DNA of 32,000 bases, from positions 30,001-62,000 of the forward strand of contig JAUYHT010000008.1 in assembly GCA_030688545.1 (NCBI GenBank), written 5' to 3'. How positions within the stretch are numbered: position 1 is the first letter of the stretch; each line of letters begins with the position of its first letter. Origin of the DNA: Candidatus Iainarchaeum sp. Its GTDB lineage: Archaea; Iainarchaeota; Iainarchaeia; Iainarchaeales; VGJJ01. A model generated the notes under the pieces. That model worked only from the letters and a program-made list of their open reading frames with translations. It was not told the DNA's origin and ran no database searches. The translations under genes were made by a program, and so were the position numbers. Below, one piece after another: positions 16,877-23,644 of this stretch.

Positions 16877-17902
16877 TCATTTCTTTCGCCTTTTAATTTT
16901 GGCTCGGGACGCTTGCCATTTGGCGAAAGTCGAGTGTTTGCGCGCGAAATTCCAGAGTTGATCAGCGCTCGGGTTTGGAGGTAAACCCCGGAGGGTGAAC
17001 AGGACTTTACTTATTTCTGCCGCCACCTTATTCTTGCTATTTTTCTTGATGATGTGTTGGCATTTTTTGAATACTTCCAGTAATTGCCCCTCATCCAATT
17101 GGTCAATCAATGCCCGCGAGATAGTGCTCGCGCGGATTACCACTTTATCGGTTACCCCTCCTACGCTATTTTGGACGATAATGCCACAAACAGGATTCAT
17201 AGTTGAAATGGAGAGGAACGCCCGGATGAAATCAGCATCGGGAATAGAACCGGGTTTCTTACCCAAAGCTAATTTCCTGGTAATGATATTATAATGATTG
17301 AATAATTGAGGGGAAATGGTTCGAGTTGACGGAATACCCTTTTTACGGGATTGATGGGATAGAATTGAATGAGCGGTCCCATACCTCGCCAAAATGGAAT
17401 CAGAAGGATTTTGATGATAATGACGAATACTCCTAAGAATCATGCGATGACGAAAAGCAGAAAATCTCCCCTCAAGGATTATCCAGGCCCGTAGTGTTTC
17501 AATGTTTGGATTCTCAAAAATTTTATGATATAGTAGAACGGCTGAATTATCAAGTTTAACTAATTGATTTAACTGTAAACGATTTTCGGGTGATATGGGG
17601 TGTTCTCCCCCAGTTACTACTTTGGCCGTCGCAAAAGCCTCTCGAATAAACTCCAATCCTGATCTTTGAAATTTACTCAATGGTGTACCCCTTATTCTGT
17701 TAAAATCAAAAAAATCTTGAACTAGAGGATATGAAATACCAGAGGCATCCTCTAACAGAACAACACTTTTACTGTTCAGAGTAGTTTCTGGGGGAAGATA
17801 ATGCGCTCCTTCCGTGTGCGCCGTAAAATGGAATTGCACGCGTCTCTTGAGTGGAGCCTGTCTCCTGGGCGGAACCTTTTTCTTGGGCTTGGGGGCAGGC
17901 AT
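16877..17902 (-). CDS. hypothetical protein (341 aa) in a low-GC island
   Basis: Long ORF whose ATG is correctly spaced from the TATA at 17925-17932. Basic Pro-rich N-terminus MPAPKPKKKVPPRRQ and basic C-terminus. I recognise no family with confidence. Confidence 0.7.
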   Translation of the reverse strand: MPAPKPKKKVPPRRQAPLKRRVQFHFTAHTEGAHYLPPETTLNSKSVVLLEDASGISYPLVQDFFDFNRIRGTPLSKFQRSGLEFIREAFATAKVVTGGEHPISPENRLQLNQLVKLDNSAVLLYHKIFENPNIETLRAWIILEGRFSAFRHRMILRSIRHYHQNPSDSILARYGTAHSILSHQSRKKGIPSTRTISPQLFNHYNIITRKLALGKKPGSIPDADFIRAFLSISTMNPVCGIIVQNSVGGVTDKVVIRASTISRALIDQLDEGQLLEVFKKCQHIIKKNSKNKVAAEISKVLFTLRGLPPNPSADQLWNFARKHSTFAKWQASRAKIKRRKK

Positions 17903-17924
17903 GGGGAGGGGATGACGATCCAGG

Positions 17925-17932
17925 TTTATAAG
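17925..17932. promoter_or_regulatory. shared near-palindromic TATA box (TTTATAAG / CTTATAAA) between two divergent genes
   Basis: The centre (17928.5) is 26.5 nt from ATG 17902 (minus gene) and 27.5 nt from ATG 17956 (rnz). Confidence 0.6.
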
Positions 17933-17955
17933 CCATTTTGACCCGCGGGTATTCT

Positions 17956-18918
17956 ATGACGATACGCCTGACCTTCCTGGGGACGTCTTGTTCCACTCCC
18001 GTGCCGCACCGGAATCTGAGTAGCTTGGCCTTGACCTACCGGGGGGAATGGTTTTTGTTCGACACCCCGGAAGGGGTTCAGCAGCAGCTCATGCGGGGGG
18101 GATTGAGTTATTTGAAATTAGGACATGTGTTCATCTCCCACTTCCATGGCGACCACACCTTGGGATTGCCGGGGCTGCTGGCCACGATGACTATTCATGA
18201 GCGCCAGGAAAAACTGCACATCTGGGGACCGCGGGGGATCCAGAAGAAGATTCAGGAAGCCGTGGCGCTGGGAAACTTTTTCCCGAGCTTTCCCATTGTG
18301 CCGCATGAAGTTCTGGAAGGAGAATTGGTTAGGGAGAAAGATTATACCATTTCGGCCGTGCGGTTGGACCATTCGTGCCCATGCTATGGGTTCCTGTTTG
18401 AAACCAAAGGAAAGGAAGGGGAATTCCAAAGAGCCAAAGCCCTGAAGCTGGGGATACCAGAAGGACCCTTGTGGGGGAAACTGCAGAAAGGGGAAAATGT
18501 GATGGTGGGGCGGAAGACCATTACTCCTAAAGAAGTGATGGACTATTCCAAAGGAATGCGGGGGGCCAAAGTGGGGTTCATCATGGACACATTCCCCCAC
18601 CCCCATTATGTGCACGTGTTGAAGGAGTGGGGTGTGGATTACCTGGTGCACGAATCCTCATTTCTTGAAACAGAAAAGGAGCGCGCGGAGGAGGTGAGGC
18701 ATTCTACGGCTCGGATGGCAGGCAGGGTTGCCAAGGAAACGGGGACCAAAAGACTGTTCCTCACCCACTTCTCCCCACGCTACCCGGACGAAAAAGAAAT
18801 GGTGAAAGAGGCCACGAAAGTATTTCAGGATGTCACGGCGGCGCACGACCTCATGGAAGTGGAATTGGAGGATCGGTTTCCCGTGAAGGCGGTAAGGAAG
18901 CAGGGGAAGAAAAAATAG
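17956..18918 (+). CDS. rnz: ribonuclease Z (tRNA 3' endonuclease)
   Basis: LTFLGTSCSTP start, HFHGDHTLGLPGLL (HxHxDH), and C-terminal LFLTHFSPRY. The first ATG is at 17956; the track start at 17938 is a TTG. Confidence 0.9.
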   Translation: MTIRLTFLGTSCSTPVPHRNLSSLALTYRGEWFLFDTPEGVQQQLMRGGLSYLKLGHVFISHFHGDHTLGLPGLLATMTIHERQEKLHIWGPRGIQKKIQEAVALGNFFPSFPIVPHEVLEGELVREKDYTISAVRLDHSCPCYGFLFETKGKEGEFQRAKALKLGIPEGPLWGKLQKGENVMVGRKTITPKEVMDYSKGMRGAKVGFIMDTFPHPHYVHVLKEWGVDYLVHESSFLETEKERAEEVRHSTARMAGRVAKETGTKRLFLTHFSPRYPDEKEMVKEATKVFQDVTAAHDLMEVELEDRFPVKAVRKQGKKK

Positions 18919-18943
18919 GCGGGAGGAATTTTAGGAAAAAATA

Positions 18944-19690
18944 TCAGCGGGAAAACGAATAGTTTTCGGGCTTTCCAGAGAGAGGAGGGACGGTGCTCTC
19001 TGGAAGGAACTCAATGGCCTCATTGGGGTTCAGTATTACTGGTTTGGTCCGCAGGTTGCTCTTCTCAATCTTCTTGGCGAACTCCTCGGGAGAGGCCTGG
19101 ATGAGGGAGAACGTGTTGTAGTGCATGGGAATGACCACTTCTGGTTTGAGCATCTTGGTGGCTTTTACCGCATCCACAATATCCATGGTAAGGTTGCCCC
19201 CGCCGATGGGAAGCAAGGCCACATGCGGATTCAATTCATCGGGGAACTCCTCCAGGAGCTCAGTATCCCCCGCATGATAAATGGCCACCCCATCTCCCGT
19301 CACCATATACGCCATGGGGTAGAAGGAGCGCGGGTAATGCGCCGTCTGTACATTGATTTGGATCCCCCGCAAGTGGAGTTTGGAGGCCACGGCCGCGGCC
19401 CGCTTGCATCGGGGGGGAATATCCAATTCGGATAACACGGAATCGTGAGCAACGACACAAGCACCATCGCGGTTGCAAAGGAACTCAATCGCCGCCTTAT
19501 CGAAATGATCCTCTAATTCATTGGTGATGAGAATCAAGGATATGCGGGGGAGATTTTCTGGCTTCACCAGGGAAGGAAGAATCCTCTTGTAGGAATGGAA
19601 ATTCTCACACCCGAAACCGGGGTCAATGAGCACATTCGCCTGGGAGAATTCCAACAAAAAACAGGAATGCCCGAGGTAGCGGATGTGCAT
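18944..19690 (-). CDS. metallo-beta-lactamase-fold hydrolase (UPF0173-like)
   Basis: MHIRYLGHSCFLLE..., LIDPG, AIYHAGDT and IPMHYNTF motifs. Start refined to ATG 19690 (M56 of the track ORF) using the TATA at 19715-19722. Confidence 0.85.
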   Translation of the reverse strand: MHIRYLGHSCFLLEFSQANVLIDPGFGCENFHSYKRILPSLVKPENLPRISLILITNELEDHFDKAAIEFLCNRDGACVVAHDSVLSELDIPPRCKRAAAVASKLHLRGIQINVQTAHYPRSFYPMAYMVTGDGVAIYHAGDTELLEEFPDELNPHVALLPIGGGNLTMDIVDAVKATKMLKPEVVIPMHYNTFSLIQASPEEFAKKIEKSNLRTKPVILNPNEAIEFLPESTVPPLSGKPENYSFSR

Positions 19691-19714
19691 ATCATACCTC
19701 CAACGTCCCCCAAG

Positions 19715-19722
19715 TATAAAAA
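19715..19722 (-). promoter_or_regulatory. TATA box (TTTTTATA on minus strand) for the MBL hydrolase gene
   Basis: The centre lies about 28 nt upstream of ATG 19690. Confidence 0.6.
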
Positions 19723-19885
19723 TGACTTCCTCCGCTGTCGAAAGGTATAAACATCCAATTATGCCATCCATTACTTCACCCAGATGGTGAGACAGGATGG
19801 GCTTTTCAGCTAGCGACGAAAGGGTTGACCAAAAATGTATCGAGACCAAACCCAAAAAGCCTTTTTTTCAAAAGCTGAAGAAGAG

Positions 19886-19893
19886 ATTAAAAG
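19886..19893 (+). promoter_or_regulatory. TATA-like box (ATTAAAAG) for the 19917 gene
   Basis: The centre lies about 27 nt upstream of ATG 19917. Confidence 0.5.
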
Positions 19894-19916
19894 CCAGGTG
19901 CGTGCGTATTACTCCT

Positions 19917-20753
19917 ATGCGTCACGCGTGGGGGTGGGGGGTGTTGTTCCTCCTGATAATGGGGGGAATGGTATTTGGACAAACCCCCAATCGCGTGCCT
20001 GAAGAACGAGTAGCGCTCCATACAATTGATGTCACCATCGACGAAGAGGGAAGGGCGGGGGTGCAGGAACAATATTTCTTCAGCTTCTTCGCGGGAGAAG
20101 ACGATCAATTCGAAAGGGATTTCCAGGAAAACACTCCCTCCCTGTCGGCCTGGCGGGATGACTACGCATTCATCCATCCCCACATTGGAGTGGAGAGCGC
20201 CATTACCAATCTCGAATTCCTCCTCAACCAAACGACGACGGGACAACCCATTCTCACCCTGAAGTATGTTATCCCATCCGGGATCGTTCAGGAAGTCCGC
20301 ACCGAGAACGTGGGACGATCCACGCTGTGGCGATTGTCTGATACGGCTCTGCTCTCTTTTATTTCGGGAGGAAGGATTGAAGTGGGTTCTCAAACCCTGA
20401 TCAAGATCATCCTCCCCCGGGACGCGCTGGTGGACACCAAGAATCTTCCCCCGGGAGCAGGGGCCAACAATAATGTGATCACCCTCACCAATTTCCAGAG
20501 CAACTCCTTCACCCTCCAATACACCGTACTCGCCCCCATCGCGAGTCCGATTGATTCAGGGAAACTCGTCCGGGGATTTATAGATAGTCCATTTTTCCTG
20601 GCATTGCTGGTCATCCTATTGTTCGTGGTGGCGTATGTAGGGTTGAACCGGGAAACCATATTCTCCCAGGTGGAGAACTATGTGGTGGACCATACGGAGT
20701 TCAAGGGAAACCATTCCCCCGAGAAAGAATTGGACGCGGAGGAACTCCAGTGA
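19917..20753 (+). CDS. hypothetical exported protein with C-terminal membrane anchor
   Basis: Signal-like N-terminus MRHAWGWGVLFLLIMGGMVFG. Soluble domain of about 220 aa. C-terminal TM segment FFLALLVILLFVVAYVGL. Start chosen by promoter spacing (track ORF starts at 19797). Confidence 0.6.
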   Translation: MRHAWGWGVLFLLIMGGMVFGQTPNRVPEERVALHTIDVTIDEEGRAGVQEQYFFSFFAGEDDQFERDFQENTPSLSAWRDDYAFIHPHIGVESAITNLEFLLNQTTTGQPILTLKYVIPSGIVQEVRTENVGRSTLWRLSDTALLSFISGGRIEVGSQTLIKIILPRDALVDTKNLPPGAGANNNVITLTNFQSNSFTLQYTVLAPIASPIDSGKLVRGFIDSPFFLALLVILLFVVAYVGLNRETIFSQVENYVVDHTEFKGNHSPEKELDAEELQ

Positions 20754-21244
20754 TGGCCGGGAAACCAAGCCCATTGTTTCTCACGGTGATAGGAAGCATT
20801 GGGACGGCTATCTTCTCTCCATTGACGGTGAGTGGGAATCCGGTTATTGTATTTGTACTTCCCCTCGCCATGGCGGGGGGATTATGGTTTGGAATTGAGG
20901 GGGGTTTTCTCATTGGATTGGGGATCTCTGTTCTGAGTGCCCTGCTCGTACAGTCCATCGACCTTTGGACGGGAATCATTTACGCCCTCGCGGCCGGGGC
21001 GGGGGTAAGTTTATTGAGGGTATTTCCAAAACCCACCTTCCTGCAGATACTTTTAGTGCTCGTGGGGGCGAGCCTCCTGTTTGAATTGCTATTCGACATC
21101 TCCATGGGAAAAAGTTTGGTACTGCACGATTCAACATTCTTGGGCACCTCCCCGGATGCGGGGTTGCGGGTGCTCGTGAATATTGGATTGCTGGGGATTG
21201 TGCTCGCGTATTGGGGGATTAAAGCAGAAGAAAAAAAGGCGTGA
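20753..21244 (+). CDS. hypothetical polytopic membrane protein
   Basis: Five hydrophobic helices. The start overlaps the upstream stop (TGATG), suggesting translational coupling. Confidence 0.6.
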   Translation: MAGKPSPLFLTVIGSIGTAIFSPLTVSGNPVIVFVLPLAMAGGLWFGIEGGFLIGLGISVLSALLVQSIDLWTGIIYALAAGAGVSLLRVFPKPTFLQILLVLVGASLLFELLFDISMGKSLVLHDSTFLGTSPDAGLRVLVNIGLLGIVLAYWGIKAEEKKA

Positions 21245-21257
21245 TCCAGGAAAAGGG

Positions 21258-21265
21258 ATTAAATA
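21258..21265 (+). promoter_or_regulatory. TATA-like box (ATTAAATA) for the 21287 gene
   Basis: The centre lies about 25 nt upstream of ATG 21287. Confidence 0.5.
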
Positions 21266-21286
21266 CAGGCATTTACTATCATCCAA

Positions 21287-21865
21287 ATGGATAGAGAAAA
21301 TAAGTCGGGGGAAACGGAAAGAGGAATCGTGTTGCTCCAGCCGTCAGTCGAGAAAATAATCCGTTGGAACCCGAGAACGGGAGTTGAAAGGCGGTTATTT
21401 ATCCTGGCTATAGGAACAGCGCGGGAAGGAAAACCGTTCTATTCCCATCCCGATTTGGGAAGCGTGATAAGCAACTTAAAATTGTCGCGCGGAACCCCCA
21501 TTGGACACGTGGTGGTGGAGATAGTTCCCCGAAAAGGTGGGGAAAAAAAGATCAAGGTGAGCGAGGTCAAATTCCGAAACCCCACATTCGAATCGGCGCT
21601 CAAGCGGCGAGTGGGGGACACCCCCTTGCGTATTTATCTCACCCGGGCCACTCGAAGAAAGGCCTATGACATCGTTTCCGGGAAACGAATGAAACCACGA
21701 GGCATGCGAACTATCTGGAATAGGGTAATGGGCCAAGTGAAGAAGCCGACATCGAAAGGTGGGCCATATTGGCGCCGTCGTGCACGGGTCATCTGGAAAC
21801 GGACGATTCCGCAACGCGTGTCTAATTTACCTAAAAAATTAGTCCGAAGAGGCCTCCCCAAATGA
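21287..21865 (+). CDS. hypothetical protein with strongly basic C-terminal tail
   Basis: 192-aa ORF with a correctly spaced TATA. The N-terminal ~120 aa look globular. The C-terminal ~70 aa are Arg/Lys-rich (KRMKPRGMRTIWNRV...YWRRRARVIWKR...KKLVRRGLPK). Confidence 0.55.
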   Translation: MDRENKSGETERGIVLLQPSVEKIIRWNPRTGVERRLFILAIGTAREGKPFYSHPDLGSVISNLKLSRGTPIGHVVVEIVPRKGGEKKIKVSEVKFRNPTFESALKRRVGDTPLRIYLTRATRRKAYDIVSGKRMKPRGMRTIWNRVMGQVKKPTSKGGPYWRRRARVIWKRTIPQRVSNLPKKLVRRGLPK

Positions 21866-22040
21866 CTTCCTCCCCGGCCTAAAGGCCGGGGTATCCACGT
21901 GGACAAGTGTTTCACTCGGCTCGCGTTATCGCTCGCCAAACATTGGGCGACGAATGTCGTCCTAAAAGGCGCGGTATCCACCTTTTTCGCCGGCCTTTTT
22001 TCTAAAAAGGCCGATTGAAACCAACACCCGCCTCGCGGAA
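21866..22040. ncRNA. candidate structured small RNA or regulatory region (strand unresolved)
   Basis: Four stable hairpins lie in a gap with no credible ORF. They are CCCCGGCC-TAAA-GGCCGGGG (21872-21891), 21918-21937, 21945-21962, and CGGCCTTTTT-TCT-AAAAAGGCCG (21991-22013). GGTATCCAC occurs twice, at 21890-21898 and 21973-21981. Confidence 0.3.
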
Positions 22041-22105
22041 TTGTTTAGTTAAGAAAAAGTATATGATATAGAAACCAAAATATCATGGAACTAAATTGGA
22101 AAGGA

Positions 22106-22333
22106 TCAGCGGAACCCGAAGTCCTCCAACGCGCCCCGCCAGAAAATGTCATAATGACCCCCGAGGACATCGGCCGTCTGGTGGGGGGTTAGGGCGGCCC
22201 AATAGAGCAGGAGGAGAATTCCTATTCCTAATGCGAGCCAGCGGCGGGGGGTATTTGGAAATAGAAGGTGGAGGGCAAAGTACCCCAACAGCAGCTCGAA
22301 GAGGAGGGAATAGCCTAAGAGACCGGCACTCAT
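22106..22333 (-). CDS. hypothetical small membrane protein (75 aa)
   Basis: Two hydrophobic helices (AGLLGYSLLFELLLGYFALHLLF, WLALGIGILLLLYWAAL). Start set to ATG 22333 (M9 of the track ORF), because the track's first ATG lies inside the TATA box. Confidence 0.5.
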   Translation of the reverse strand: MSAGLLGYSLLFELLLGYFALHLLFPNTPRRWLALGIGILLLLYWAALTPHQTADVLGGHYDIFWRGALEDFGFR

Positions 22334-22354
22334 ACATAATCTGGTCCGGGTGGT

Positions 22355-22364
22355 CATTAAAAAC
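22355..22364. promoter_or_regulatory. shared TATA element (CATTAAAAAC) between divergent genes
   Basis: The core centre (about 22360) is 25 nt from ATG 22385 (antiporter) and 27 nt from ATG 22333 (small membrane protein). The same 10-mer precedes the edge ORF, at 31738-31747. Confidence 0.55.
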
Positions 22365-22384
22365 CCGATTCCTGAACTCCTGCC

Positions 22385-23644
22385 ATGCTGGAACTGGTAA
22401 TCAGTGTCATCGGGCTGACCATATTGCTTGGATTCTTCGGGAATGTGCTATTCCAACGCACCTCCATCCCCAACACATTATGGTTGCTGGTTTTCGGCAT
22501 GGGGTTGGGGGCATTGGGATTCGTAGGGGCGGATTTCATCGCCTCCGCGGCCGGATTGATGGGGGCTATCGCCATCATCGGAATACTATCCGATGGGGGG
22601 CTGCATCTTGATTTGAAACATGTGGTGAAAGAAGGATTTTTGGGAAGCCTGCTCATGTTCACCGGGCTCCTGGGAACGACGGGAGGAATTGTTATTCTGT
22701 TAGGTGTATGGAACATCCCCCTGCCCATTGCCCTCTTCATCGCCATCGCCCTCGCGGGGACAAGTGCATCAGTGGTTATTCCCATTGTGCAATCCCTCTC
22801 GTTTGTCTCGGACAAACTGAAAACCATCCTCTCCATCGAGGCGATCTCGGACACCTTTTCCATTGTTGTGGCGCTATTCATGATCGATTTCCTTTTATCT
22901 CCCGGCACACCTTTGAGCGGAGCCGATGGGGTTGTGCGGGGGGTGGTATTGGAATTTCTCTCCGCGATATCCATAGGAATCATTTTCGGATTAGTATGGG
23001 GGCCATTCATTGGAAAACTCAAACGGTATGATTACTCGTACGCCGCGACCCTGGGCGCCCTGATATTGCTATATGCGTTTGCCGAATTATTCGGGAGCAG
23101 TGGAGCCATTGCCGTATTCACCGCAGGAATCATGCTGGCGAACGCGCACCTCATCTATCATGCACTCTTCCCCGAATTCACGTTCGGACGATTAGATGAG
23201 GATGTGAGCAAAACACACTCTCTATTCGCCTTCCTCATCCGCGTGTTCTTTTTTGTTTTCTTGGGGATGGTGGTGGGGATACCGGAGATTGATTATCTGA
23301 TCATCGGCGCCGCCACCACCGCAATCATCGTGGGGACACGGTTCATTTACATCAACTTATTCATTAGACTCAAACTCCTTCATTTCCATGGGAATGAAAA
23401 GATGCTGACCTATTTCATGATTCCACGTGGACTATCTGCAGCGGTATTGGCGGTATTCGCATTAGCAAGTGGAGTGGCCTATGGGGAGGCCATCGTACAA
23501 ATCATCTTTTCAGTGATCATCTTCACTATTCTTCTAACGACCCTCGCCACCTTTTCCCTTCGTGACAGGGGGACGAAAACGAATCCGGAGATGCTCCAGC
23601 CCATGAAACCACTGGCGGCAGGGACCGCGCCCACATTCGATTAA
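22385..23644 (+). CDS. monovalent cation:proton antiporter (CPA1/NhaP-like)
   Basis: 419 aa with about 12 TM helices and the typical NhaP-like layout (GLHLDL, IEAISDTFSIVVA, AVFTAGIMLAN). Confidence 0.85.
   Translation: MLELVISVIGLTILLGFFGNVLFQRTSIPNTLWLLVFGMGLGALGFVGADFIASAAGLMGAIAIIGILSDGGLHLDLKHVVKEGFLGSLLMFTGLLGTTGGIVILLGVWNIPLPIALFIAIALAGTSASVVIPIVQSLSFVSDKLKTILSIEAISDTFSIVVALFMIDFLLSPGTPLSGADGVVRGVVLEFLSAISIGIIFGLVWGPFIGKLKRYDYSYAATLGALILLYAFAELFGSSGAIAVFTAGIMLANAHLIYHALFPEFTFGRLDEDVSKTHSLFAFLIRVFFFVFLGMVVGIPEIDYLIIGAATTAIIVGTRFIYINLFIRLKLLHFHGNEKMLTYFMIPRGLSAAVLAVFALASGVAYGEAIVQIIFSVIIFTILLTTLATFSLRDRGTKTNPEMLQPMKPLAAGTAPTFD

Noticed and set aside
21860-21873. 14-mer AAATGACTTCCTCC present at both 21860-21873 and 19720-19733
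   Set aside because: A rough estimate for a 32-kb window gives about one to a few exact 14-mer coincidences by chance. Similarity does not clearly extend beyond the 14-mer.
21640-21900. Minus-strand GGAGGAAGUC following a GC hairpin resembles the RNase P RNA CR-I (GAGGAAAGUCC after P3), with AGAUGA..CACGAC and GUCGGCUUC strings further downstream
   Set aside because: The putative P4 pairing is only about 5 bp. I could not find P1/P2 complementarity or the CR-II/III elements. The region would overlap a plausible protein-coding frame (21287-21865). An Infernal scan with the RNase P models would settle it.
22096-22611. 171-aa plus-strand ORF spanning the small-protein/antiporter junction
   Set aside because: It crosses a promoter region and two better-supported genes. 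Its product is Arg/Gly-rich nonsense (…GGGLGRPNRAGGEF…).
22357-23022. 221-aa minus-strand ORF antisense to the antiporter
   Set aside because: It is antisense to a gene with an obvious 12-TM translation. Its Met/Pro/Asn/Ser-rich product is typical of the reverse complement of a hydrophobic gene.
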